Shown: positions 37,071 to 48,600 of the stretch, in pieces
Numbering within the stretch: position 1 is the stretch's first letter
Layout of the letters: each line of letters starts with the position of its first letter
Origin: Mobula hypostoma
Lineage: Eukaryota
DNA length: 64,000 nucleotides
Reading direction: 5' to 3'
NCBI RefSeq assembly: GCF_963921235.1
Contig: NC_086101.1
Span: 2,482,001 to 2,546,000 of the forward strand
Made by a program: the position numbers and the translations under genes
Notes under the pieces: generated by a model
The model's database searches: none
What the model saw: only the letters and a program-made list of their open reading frames with translations
Told to the model about the DNA's origin: nothing

Positions 37071-38051
37071 GGATAGTATGAGGAGCATTTGATGGCTCTG
37101 GGCTTGTACTCACTGGAGTGTAGAAGAACGAAGGGGATCTGATTTAAACCAATCGATTACTGAAAGGTCTTTATAAAGTGGACGTGGAGAGGATGTCTCC
37201 TACAGTGGGGAAATCTGAGAATTCGATTCGGAATCAGTTTACAGTCACTGTCATGAGATTTGTAGTAATGTGGCAGCAGTACATTGTAAAACATAATAAT
37301 AGAAATGCTGAATTACACTAAGATGTGTGTGTGTGCCTATAAATACTAATCTTTTATATCTCTTTTTGCACTACTTAGAAACATAAAAAACCAACAGCAC
37401 AATACAGGTACTTCAGCCCAAAATGCTGTGCCAAACATGTACTTACATTAGAAATTACCTAGGGTTATTTACCTATTTTTCAGTGAGAGTTAACACTTGC
37501 AAAGTGCTGGAGGAACTAAACTACCTCTATTTTTCTAAGCTCCATGTACCTATCTGGGATTCTTTTAAAAGACCCTATTGTATCTGCCTCCACCACCATC
37601 ACTGGCAGCCCATTCCACACACTCACCACTCTCTGCGTAAAAAACTTACCCCTGACATCTCCTCTGTACCTACTTCCAAACACCTTAAAACTGTGCCCTC
37701 TCGTGTTAGCCATTTCAGACGTGGGAAAAAGCCTGTGACTATCCACATGATCAATGCCTCTCATCATCTTGTACACCTCTATCAGGTCACCTCTCATTCT
37801 CCGCCTCTCCAAGGAGAAAAGGCATGCTCCCCAATCCAGGCAACATCCTTGTAAATCTCCTCTGCGCCCTTCCGATAGTTTCCACATCCTTCCTGTAGTG
37901 AGGTGACCAGAACTGAGCACAGTATTCCAAGTGGGGTCTGATCAGGGTCCTATAGAGCTGTAACATTACCTCTCAGCTCTTGAACACAATGGCATGATTG
38001 ATGAAGGCCAATATACTGTATGCCTTCTTAACCACAGAGTCAACCTGCGTA

Positions 38052-38627
38052 AACAACAGGAATTCTTCAGATGCTGGAAATTCAAGCAACACACATCAAA
38101 GTTGCTAGTGAACGCAGCAGGCCAGGCAGCATCTCTAGGAAGAGGTACAGTCGACGTTTCAGGCCGAGACCCTTCGTCAGGACTAACTGAAGGAAGAGCT
38201 AGTAAGAGATTTGAAAGTGGGAGGGGGAGGGGGAGATCCAAAATGATAGGAGAAGACAGGAGCGGGAGGGATGGAGCCAAGAGCTGGACAGGTGATAGGC
38301 AAAAGGGATACGAGAGGATCATGGGACAGGAGGTCCGGGAAGAAAGACAAGCGGGGGGGACCCAGAGGATGGACAAGGGGTATATTCAGAGGGACAGAGG
38401 GAGAAAAAGGAGAGCGAGAGAAAGAATGTGTGTATAAAAATAAATAACGGATGGGGTACGAGGGGGAGGTAGGGCATTAAAGGAAGTTAGAGAAGTCAAT
38501 GTTCGTGCCATCAGGTTGGAGGCTACCCAGATGGAATATAAGGTGTTGTTCCTCCAACCTGAGTGTGGCTTCATTTTTACAGTAGAGGAGGCCATGGATA
38601 GACATGTCAGAATGGGAATGGGATGTG
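38052..38627 (-). mobile_element. 5'-truncated Penelope-like element: GIY-YIG endonuclease C-terminus plus pseudo-LTR, 15-bp TSD
   Basis: My translation of the minus strand at about 38478-38627 is TSHSHSDMSIHGLLYCKNEATLRLEEQHLIFHLGSLQPDGTNIDFSNFL*, matching the E..I..L....P.G.N end of PLE endonucleases. The TSD GAGTCAA(C/T)CTGCGTA lies at 38037-38051 and 38628-38642. Confidence 0.88.
38149..38184 (-). ncRNA. Minimal type I hammerhead ribozyme with an intact catalytic core
   Basis: Minus-strand RNA AGUC-CUGACGA-AGGGUCUCGGCCU-GAAA-CGUC-GACU shows stem I, CUGANGA, stem II, GAAA and a GUC cleavage triplet. Stem III is vestigial. Confidence 0.78.
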
Positions 38628-39613
38628 GAGTCAATCTGCGTAGCAGCTTTGAGTGTCCTATGGACTCAGACCCCAAGATCCCTCTGATCCTCCACACTGC
38701 CAAGAGTCTTACCATTAATGCTATATTCTGCCATCATATTTGACCTACCAAAATGAACCACATCACAGTTATCTGGGTTGAACTCCATCTGCCACTTCTC
38801 CAACTTCCAGTAATTCCCCCCCCCACCCTTCCTCTCAATGTCCAACTGTAACCTCTGACAGCCCTCCACACTACCCACAACACCCCCAACCTTTGTGTCA
38901 TCAGCAAACTTACTAACCCATCCCTCCACTTTCTCATCCAGGTCATTTATAAAGATCACGAAGAAAAGCAGTCCCAGAACAAATCCCTGAGACACACCAC
39001 TGTCGCCAACCTCCATGCAGAATATGACCCGTCTACAACCAGTCTTTACCTACAGTCTTTACCTTCTGGTAAGCCAGTTCTGGATCCACAAAGCAATGTC
39101 CCCTTGGATCCCATGCCTCCTTACTTTCTCAATTAGCCTTGCATGGGGTACTTTATCAAATGCCTTGCTGAAATCCATATACACTACATCTTCTGCTCTA
39201 CCTTCATCAATGTGTTTAGTCACATCCTCAAAACATTCAATCAGACTTGTAAGGCACGACCTGCCTTTCACAAAGCCATGCTAACTATTCCTAATTATAT
39301 TATGCCTCTCCAAATGTTCATAAATCCTGCCTCTCACGATCTTCTCCATCAACTTACCAACCACTGAAGTAAGACTCACTGGGCTATAATTTCTTCTCCC
39401 TTTCTTGAATAAGGGAACATCTTCAACCCTCCAATCCTCTGGAACCTCTCCCATCCCCATTGATGATGGAAAGGTCATTGCCAGAGGCTCAGCAATCTCC
39501 TCCCTCGCCTCCCACAGTAGCCTGGGGTACATCTCGTCTGGTCCCGGAGACTTATCCAACTTGATGCTTTACAAAAGCTCCAGCACATCCTCTTTCTTAA
39601 TGTCTATATGTTC

Positions 39614-40739
39614 CACACGGTAGGCTTATTCAGAAAGTCAGAAGGCATGGGATCCAGGGAAGTTTGGCCAGGTGGATTCAGAATTGGCTTGCCTGCAGAA
39701 AGCAGAGGGTGGTGGTGGAGGGATTACATTCGGATTGGAGGGTTGTGACTAGTGGTGTCCCACAAGGATCTGTTCTGGGACCTCTATTTTTCGTGAATTT
39801 TAGAAATGACCTGGATGTGGGGGTAGAAGGGTGGTTTGGTAAGTTTGCAGATGACACAAAAGCTGGTGGTGTTGTAGATAGTGTAAAGGATTGTTGAAGA
39901 TTGCAGAGAGACATTGATAGGATGCAAAAGTGGGCTGAGAAGTGGCAGATGGAGTTCAACCCGGAGAAGTGTGAGGTGGTACACTTTGGAAGGACAAACT
40001 CCAAGGCAGAGTATAAAGTAAATGGCAGGATACTTGGTAGTGTGAAGGAGCAGAGGGATCTGGGGGTATGTGTCCACAGATCCCTGAAAGTTGCCACACA
40101 GGTAGATAGGGTAGTTAAGAAAGCTTATGGGGTGTTAGCTTTCATAAGTCGAGGGATAGAGTTTAAGAGTCGCGATGTAATGATGCAGCTCTATAAAACT
40201 CTGGTTAGGCCACACTTGGAGTACTGTGTCCAGTTCTGGTCACCTCACTATAGGAAGAATGGGGAAGCATTGGAGAGGGTACAGAGGAGATTTACCAGGA
40301 TGCTGCCTGGTTTAGAGAGTATGCATTATGATCAGAGATTAAGGGAACTAGGGCTTTACTCTCTGGAGAGGAGGAGGATGACAGGAGACATGATGGAGGT
40401 GTACAAGATAACAAGAGGAATAGATAGAATGGATAGCCAGCGCCTCTTCCCCAGGGCACCACTGCTCAATACAAGAGGGCATGGCTTTAAGGTAAGGGGT
40501 GGGAAGTTCAAGGGGGATATTAGAGGAAGGTTTTTTACTCAGAGAGTGGTTGGTGCGTGGAATGCACTGCCTGAGTCAGTGGTGGAGGCAGATACACTAG
40601 TGAAATTTAAGAGACTACTAGACAGATATATGAAGGAATTTAAGGTGGGGGGTTATATGGGAGGCAGGGTTTAAGGGTCGGCACAACATTGTGGGCTGAA
40701 GAGCCTGTACTGTGCTGTACTATTCTATGTTCTATGTTC
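39614..40739 (+). mobile_element. Young 5'-truncated CR1 LINE
   Basis: ORFs 39664-39897 and 39901-40674 are separated by a single TGA. It ends in a (TTCTATG)n tail and is flanked by TATGTTC. Confidence 0.94.
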
Positions 40740-40854
40740 AAGCTTTTCAGTCTGCTGTAAGTCATGCCTACAATCGCCAATATCCTTTTCCATAGTGAAT
40801 AATGAAGCAAAGTATTCATTAATTACCTCTGCTATCTCCTCCGGTACTTATTTA

Positions 40855-42055
40855 ATATAAAGACTATAAGATATAGGAGCAGAATTAGATTTGGCCCATC
40901 GAGTTATTCCGCCATCGCTGATCCAATTTTCCTCTCAGTCCCAGTCTCCTGCCTTCTCCCCTATCCCTTCATGCCCCGACCAATCAAGAATCTACCGACC
41001 TCTGCCTTAAGTATACATAAAGACTTGGCCTTCACACCTGTCTGTGAATTCCACAGATTCACCACTCTCTGGCTGAAGAAATTTCTCCTCATCTCCGTTC
41101 TAAAAGGACGCCCCCCCACCCCCCCATTCTGAAGCTGTGTCATCTGGTGTTAGACTGCACTATAGGAAACATCCTCTCCACATCCACTCTATCAAGGCCT
41201 TTCACTAATCAATAAATTTCAATGAGGTCACCCCTCATTCTTCTCAATTCCAGTGAATACAGGTCCAGAGCCATCAAACGCTCTTCATACGACAAGCCAT
41301 TCAATCCTGGAATCTTTTTCACGAATCCCCTTTGAACCCTCTCCAGTTTCAGCACATCCTCTCTAAGATAAGGGACCCAAAACTGCTCACAATACTCCAA
41401 ATGAGGATTCATCAGGTGCTTTATAGTCTCAGCATGACATCCTTGCTTTTATATTCTGGAAAAAGGCACCGAAGCATTTGGGCTCTCATGACCAGACCAT
41501 GTAACAGTTTCTTCCCCCAAGCCATCAGACTCCTCGATACCCAGAGCCTGGACTGACACCAACCTACTGCCCTCTACTGTGCCTATTGTCTTGTTTATTA
41601 TTTATTGTAGTGCCTGCACTGTTTTGTGCTCTTTATGCAGTCCTGGGTAGGTCTGTAGTCTAGTGTAGTTTTTGTGTTTTTTCTTACGTAGTTCAGTGTA
41701 GTTTTTGTATTGTTTCATGTAGCACCATGGTCCTGCAAAACATTGTCTCGTTTTTACTATGTTCTGTGCCAGCAGTTATGGTTGAAATGACAGTAAAAAG
41801 TGACTCGACTTGACTTGACTCCTGAGATGCATTTTCCTTCCTCACCAGAGACTCAACCTGCAAGTTAACCTTTAGGGAATCCTGCACCTTTGCACCTCAG
41901 GCTTTTGTATTTTCTCTCCATTTAGAAAACAGTCTACTCTTTCATTTCTTCTACCAAAGTGCATGACCATACACTTCCCAACACCGTATTCCATCTGCCC
42001 TTTCTTTGCCTATTGTCCTAATCTGTATGAGTCCGTTTGTAGCATTTCTACTACA
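40855..42055 (-). mobile_element. Decayed CR1 with a nested Rex-type 3' end (about 41457-41820, +)
   Basis: PHLEYCEQFWVPYL..RGDLIEIY. The insert reads TRPCNSFFPQAIRLL and has a (GACTT)n tail. Confidence 0.82.
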
Positions 42056-42631
42056 GTCCTGTTTTCATCCTCTTTGATTTTGTCCACTTTTTGTGTTGCC
42101 ACTCATCCTGTTGGCTGCAGTTTATGATCTGATGGTCACTCCCACAGCCAGCCGTCCCAGTACATCTCATGGCCAGACTCCACGTGCCCTGAGGACCTCA
42201 ACAGACATGTGTGTGTGTTGAGGCTCATTGTTGTCTGTGAAGCATCTTCAGGGACAGTTCTGATCAAGTGCCCGTCTGCTGAGGAACTGAGACAGCTGTA
42301 GTGTGCACCCCGTCAGAGCAAAGCCCACACTGTCCATGAAAGGCTGCAGTTGAGGGGAACAATGCGGACATTCATTGAAGGCCAGTTTCAGTCATTCAAT
42401 GCACCCTTTATTATCTGTGGAGCCTCTGAGCACAACTCGTCTGGATAGTTAAGTCCCAGAAATGTTCCAATAGACGCAGGCTTTGTTCCCGGCTCTCATC
42501 TTCACAGAAAGGCCATTGTTGTCGGGCTGAAAGTTCGGTCAAAGTTCAGTCCTGTTTCACAAGATCTCTGATGTGCAGTGACAGTTCGACCTCACTTCTC
42601 TTTCTCCTGTCAAGGCTTGATTCTCCTTAGT

Positions 42632-42695
42632 CTTAACAGTGTGGGGGAACAGAGAGATCTCGGGGTCCATTTCCATAAATCCCACAAAGTTGCCG
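42632..42695 (+). mobile_element. CR1 fragment, left part of the copy split by the 43/44-bp array
   Basis: Translates LNSVGEQRDLGVHFHKSHKVA versus LGSVKEQRDLGVCVHRSLKVA in the CR1 at about 40033-40095. Confidence 0.8.
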
Positions 42696-45600
42696 TGCAC
42701 GTTGGTGGTGGGTTAAGGAGGTGTACGGAACGTTTCCGTGCACGTTGGTCAGACGGTTAAGGAGGTGTACGGAACGTTTCCGTGCACGTTGGTGGTGGGT
42801 TAAGGAGGTGTATGGAACGTTTCCGTGCACGTTGATGGTGGGTTAAGGAGGTGTATGGAACGTTTCCGTGCACGTTGGTGGTGGGTTAAGGAGGTGTATG
42901 GAACGTTTCCGTGCACGTTGGTCAGACGGTTAAGGAGGTGTATGTAACATTTCCGTACACGTTGGTCAGACGGTTAAGGAGGTGTATGGAACGTTTCCGT
43001 GCACGTTGGTCAGACGGTTAAGGAGGTGTATAGAACGTTTCCGTGCACGTTGGTCAGACGGTTAAGGAGGTGTATGGAACGTTTCCGTGCACGTTGGTCA
43101 GACAGTTAAGGAGGTGTATGGAACGTTTCCGTGCACATTGGTCAGACGGTTGAGGAGGTGTATGGAACGTTTCTGTGCACGTTGGTCAGATGGTTAAGGA
43201 GGTGTATGGAACGTTTCTGTGCACGTTGGTCAGACGGTTAAGGAGGTGTATGGAATGTTTCCGTGCACGTTGATGGTGGGTTAAGGAGGTGTATGGAACG
43301 TTTCCGTGCACGTTGGTCAGATGGTTAAGGAGGTGTATGGAACGTTTCCGTGCACGTTGGTGGTGGGTTAAGGAGGTGTATGGAACGTTTCCGTGCACGT
43401 TGGTGGTGGGTTAAGGAGGTGTATGGAATGTTTCCGTGCACGTTGGTCAGACGGTTAAGGAGGTGTATGGAACGTTTCCGTGCACGTTGGTGGTGGGTTA
43501 AGGAGGTGTATGGAACGTTTCCGTGCACGTTGGTGGTGGGTTAAGGAGGTGTATGGAACGTTTCCGTGCACGTTGGTCAGACGGTTAAGGAGGTGTATGG
43601 AACGTTTCCGTGCACGTTGGTCAGACAGTTAAGGAGGTGTATGGAACGTTTCTGTGCACGTTGATGGTGGGTTAAGGAGGTGTATGGAACGTTTCCGTGC
43701 ACGTTGGTCAGACGGTTAAGGAGGTGTATGGAATGTTTCTGTGCACGTTGGTCAGATGGTTAAGGAGGTGTATGGAACGTTTCCGTGCACGTTGGTGGTG
43801 GGTTAAGGAGGTGTATGGAACGTTTCCGTGCACGTTGGTCAGACGGTTAAGGAGGTGTATGGAACGTTTCTGTGCACGTTGGTCAGATGGTTAAGGAGGT
43901 GTATGGAACGTTTCCGTGCACGTTGGTGGTGGGTTAAGGAGGTGTATGGAACGTTTCCGTGCACGTTGGTGGGATGGTTAAGGAGGTGTATGGAACGTTT
44001 CCGTGCACGTTGGTCAGATGGTTAAGGAGCTGTATGGAACGTTTCCGTGCACGTTGATGGTTGGTTAAGGAGGTGTATGGAACGTTTCCGTGCACGTTGA
44101 TGGTGGGTTAAGGAGGTGTATGGAACGTTTCCGTGCACGTTGGTCAGATGGTTAAGGAGGTGTATGGAACATTTCCGTGCACGTTGGTCAGACGGTTAAC
44201 GAGGTGTACGGAACGTTTCCGTGCACGTTGGTGGTGGGTTAAGGAGGTGTATGGAACTTTTCCGTGCACGTTGGTGGGATGGTTAAGGAGGTGTACGGAA
44301 TGTTTCCGTGCACGTTGGTGGTGGGTTAAGGAGGTGTATGGAACGTTTCCGTGCACGTTGGTCAGACGGTTAAGGAGGTGTACGGAACGTTTCCGTGCAC
44401 GTTGATGGTGGGTTAAGGAGGTGTATGGAACGTTTCCGTGCACGTTGATGGTGGGTTAAGGAGGTGTATGGAACGTTTCCGTGCACGTTGGTGGTGGGTT
44501 AAGGAGGTGTATGGAATGTTTCCGTGCACGTTGGTCAGACGGTTAAGGAGGTGTATGGAACGTTTCCGTGCACGTTGGTCAGACGGTTAAGGAGGTGTAC
44601 GGAACGTTTCCATGCACGTTGGTGGTGGGTTAAGGAGGTGTACGGAACGTTTCCGTGCACGTTGGTGGTGGGTTAAGGAGGTGTACGGAATGTTTCCGTG
44701 CACGTTGGTCAGACGGTTAAGGAGGTGTACGGAACGTTTCCGTGCACGTTGGTCAGACGGTTAAGGAGGTGTACGGAACGTTTCCGTGCACGTTGGTCAG
44801 ACGGTTAAGGAGGTGTACGGAACGTTTCCGTGCACGTTGGTCAGACGGTTAAGGAGGTGTATGGAACGTTTCCGTGCACGTTGGTCAGACGGTTAAGGAG
44901 GTGTACGGAACGTTTCCGTGCACGTTGGTGGTGGGTTAAGGAGGTGTATGGAACGTTTCCGTGCACGTTGGTCAGACGGTTAAGGAGGTGTATGGAACGT
45001 TTCCGTGCACGTTGGTCAGACGGTTAAGGAGGTGTATGGAACGTTTCCGTGCACGTTGGTCAGACGGTTAAGGAGGTGTATGGAACGTTTCCGTGCACGT
45101 TGGTCAGACGGTTAAGGAGGTGTACGGAACGTTTCCGTGCACGTTGGTCAGACGGTTAAGGAGGTGTACGGAACGTTTCCGTGCACGTTGGTGGTGGGTT
45201 AAGGAGGTGTATGGAACGTTTCTGTGCACGTTGGTCAGACGGTTAAGGAGGTGTATGGAACGTTTCCGTGCACGTTGGTCAGACGGTTAAGGAGGTGTAT
45301 GGAATGTTTCCGTGCACGTTGGTGGTGGGTTAAGGAGGTGTATGGAACGTTTCCGTGCACGTTGGTCAGACGGTTAAGGAGGTGTATGGAATGTTTCCGT
45401 GCACGTTGATGGTGGGTTAAGGAGGTGTATGGAACGTTTCTGTGCACGTTGGTCAGACGGTTAAGGAGGTGTATGGAACGTTTCTGTGCACGTTGGTGGT
45501 GGGTTAAGGAGGTGTATGGAACGTTTCCGTGCACGTTGGTGGTGGGTTAAGGAGGTGTATGGAATGTTTCTGTGCACGTTGGTCAGACGGTTAAGGAGGT

Positions 45601-48600
45601 GTATGGAACGTTTCTGTGCACGTTGGTCAGACGGTTAAGGAGGTGTACGGAACGTTTCCGTGCACATTGGTCAGACGGTTAAGGAGGTGTATGGAACGTT
45701 TCCGTGCACGTTGGTCAGACGGTTAAGGAGGTGTATGGAACGTTTCTGTGCACGTTGGTGGTGGGTTAAGGAGGTGTATGGAACGTTTCCGTGCACGATG
45801 GTCAGACGGTTAAGGAGGTGTATGGAACGTTTCCGTGCACATTGGTGGGATGGTTAAGGAGGTGTATGGAACGTTTCTGTGCACGTTGGTGGGATGGTTA
45901 AGGAGGTGTATGGAACGTTTCCGTGCACGTTGATGGTGGGTTAAGGAGGTGTATGGAACGTTTCCGTGCACGTTGGTGGAGGGTTAAGGAGGTGTATGGA
46001 ACGTTTCCGTGCACGTTGGTGGGATGGTTAAGGAGGTGTACGGAATGTTTCCGTGCACGTTGATGGTGGGTTAAGGAGGTGTATGGAACGTTTCCGTGCA
46101 CGTTGGTGGTGGGTTAAGGAGGTGTATGGAACGTTTCCGTGCACGTTGGTGGTGGGTTAAGGAGGTGTATGGAACGTTTCCGTGCACGTTGGTGGTGGGT
46201 TAAGGAGGTGTATGGAACGTTTCCGTGCACGTTGGTGGTGGGTTAAGGAGGTGTATGGAACGTTTCCGTGCACGTTGGTGGTGGGTTAAGGAGGTGTATG
46301 GAACGTTTCTGTGCACGTTGGTCAGACGGTTAAGGAGGTGTATGGAACGTTTCCGTGCACGTTGATGGTGGGTTAAGGAGGTGTATGGAACGTTTCCGTG
46401 CACGTTGGTGGTGGGTTAAGGAGGTGTATGGAACGTTTCCGTGCACGTTGGTCAGACGGTTAAGGAGGTGTATGGAACGTTTCCGTGCACGTTGGTCAGA
46501 TGGTTAAGGAGGTGTATGGAACGTTTCCGTGTACGTTGGTGGTGGGTTAAGGAGGTGTATGGAACGTTTCCGTGCACGTTGGTGGTGGGTTAAGGAGGTG
46601 TATGGAATGTTTCCGTGCACGTTGGTTAGACGGTTAAGGAGGTGTATGGAATGTTTCCGTGCACGTTGGTGGTGGGTTAAGGAGGTGTATGGAACGTTTC
46701 CGTGCACGTTGGTGGTGGGTTAAGGAGGTGTATGGAATGTTTCCGTGCACGTTGGTGGTGGGTTAAGGAGGTGTATGGAACGTTTCCGTGCACGTTGGTG
46801 GTGGGTTAAGGAGGTGTATGGAACGTTTCCGTGCACGTTGGTCAGACGGTTAAGGAGGTGTATGGAACGTTTCCGGTCACGTTGGTGGGATGGTTAAGGA
46901 GGTGTATGGAATGTTTCCGTGCACGTTGGTCAGACGGTTAAGGAGGTGTATGGAACGTTTCTGTGCACGTTGGTGGTGGGTTAAGGAGGTGTATGGAACG
47001 TTTCCGTGCACGTTGGTCAGACGGTTAAGGAGGTGTATGGAACGTTTCCGTGCACGTTGGTGGTGGGTTAAGGAGGTGTATGGAACGTTTCCGTGCACGT
47101 TGGTGGGATGGTTAAGGAGGTGTATGGAACGTTTCCGTGCACGTTGGTCAGACGGTTAAGGAGGTGTACGGAACGTTTCTGTGCACGTTGGTCAGACGGT
47201 TAAGGAGGTGTATGGAACGTTTCCGTGCACGTTGGTGGTGGGTTAAGGAGGTGTATGAAACGTTTCCGTGCACGTTGGTGGTGGGTTAAGGAGGTGTATG
47301 GAACGTTTCCGTGCACGTTGGTCAGACGGTTAAGGAGGTGTATGGAACGTTTCCGTGCACGTTGATGGTGGGTTAAGGAGGTGTATGGAACGTTTCCGTG
47401 CACGTTGGTCAGACGGTTAAGGAGGTGTATGGAACGTTTCTGTGCACGTTGGTGAGATGGTTAAGGAGGTGTATGGAACGTTTCCGTGCACGTTGGTGGT
47501 GGGTTAAGGAGGTGTACGGAATGTTTCCGTGCACGTTGGTGGTGGGTTAAGGAGGTGTATGGAACGTTTCTGTGCACGTTGGTCAGACGGTTAACGAGGT
47601 GTATGGAACGTTTCTGTGCACGTTGATGGTGGGTTAAGGAGGTGTATGGAACGTTTCCGTGCACGTTGATGGTGGGTTAAGGAGGTGTATGGAACGTTTC
47701 CGTGCACGTTGGTGGTGGGTTAAGGAGGTGTATGGAACGTTTCCGTGCACGTTGGTGGTGGGTTAAGGAGGTGTATGGAACGTTTCCGTGCACGTTGGTC
47801 AGACGGTTGCGGAGGTGTATGGAACGTTTCCGTGCACGTTGGTGGTGGGTTAAGGAGGTGTATGGAACGTTTCCGTGCATGTTGGTCAGACGGTTGAGGA
47901 GGTGTATGGAACGTTTCCGTGCACGTTGGTCAGACGGTTGAGGAGGTGTATGGAACGTTTCTGTGCACGTTGGTGGTGGGTTAAGGAGGTGTATGGAACG
48001 TTTCCGTGCACGTTGGTGGTGGGTTAAGGAGGTGTATGGAATGTTTCCGTGCACGTTGGTGGTGGGTTAAGGAGGTGTATGGAACGTTTCCGTGCACGTT
48101 GGTCAGACGGTTGAGGAGGTGTATGGAATGTTTCCGTGCACGTTGGTGGTGGGTTAAGGAGGTGTATGGAACGTTTCCGTGCACGTTGGTCAGACGGTTA
48201 AGGAGGTGTATGGAACGTTTCCGTGCACGTTGGTCAGACGGTTAAGGAGGTGTATGGAATGTTTCCGTGCACGTTGGTGGTGGGTTAAGGAGGTGTATGG
48301 AACGTTTCCGTGCACGTTGGTCAGACGGTTAAGGAGGTGTATGGAATGTTTCCGTGCACGTTGGTGGTGGGTTAAGGAGGTGTATGGAACGTTTCCGTGC
48401 ACGTTGGTCAGACGGTTAAGGAGGTGTATGGAACGTTTCCGTGCACGTTGGTGGTGGGTTAAGGAGGTGTACGGAACGTTTCCGTGCACGTTGGTCAGAC
48501 GGTTAAGGAGGTGTATGGAACGTTTCCGTGCACGTTGGTGGTGGGTTAAGGAGGTGTATGGAATGTTTCCGTGCACGTTGGTGGTGGGTTAAGGAGGTGT

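Larger units (their letters stand above)
37377..40845 (-). mobile_element. CR1 LINE (same subfamily as 11742-15720) hosting a Penelope and a + strand CR1
   Basis: DKSPGPDEMYPRLL, GRSCLTSL, YMDFSKAFDKVPH and SKFADDTK motifs. It resumes at 40740-40845. Confidence 0.9.
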
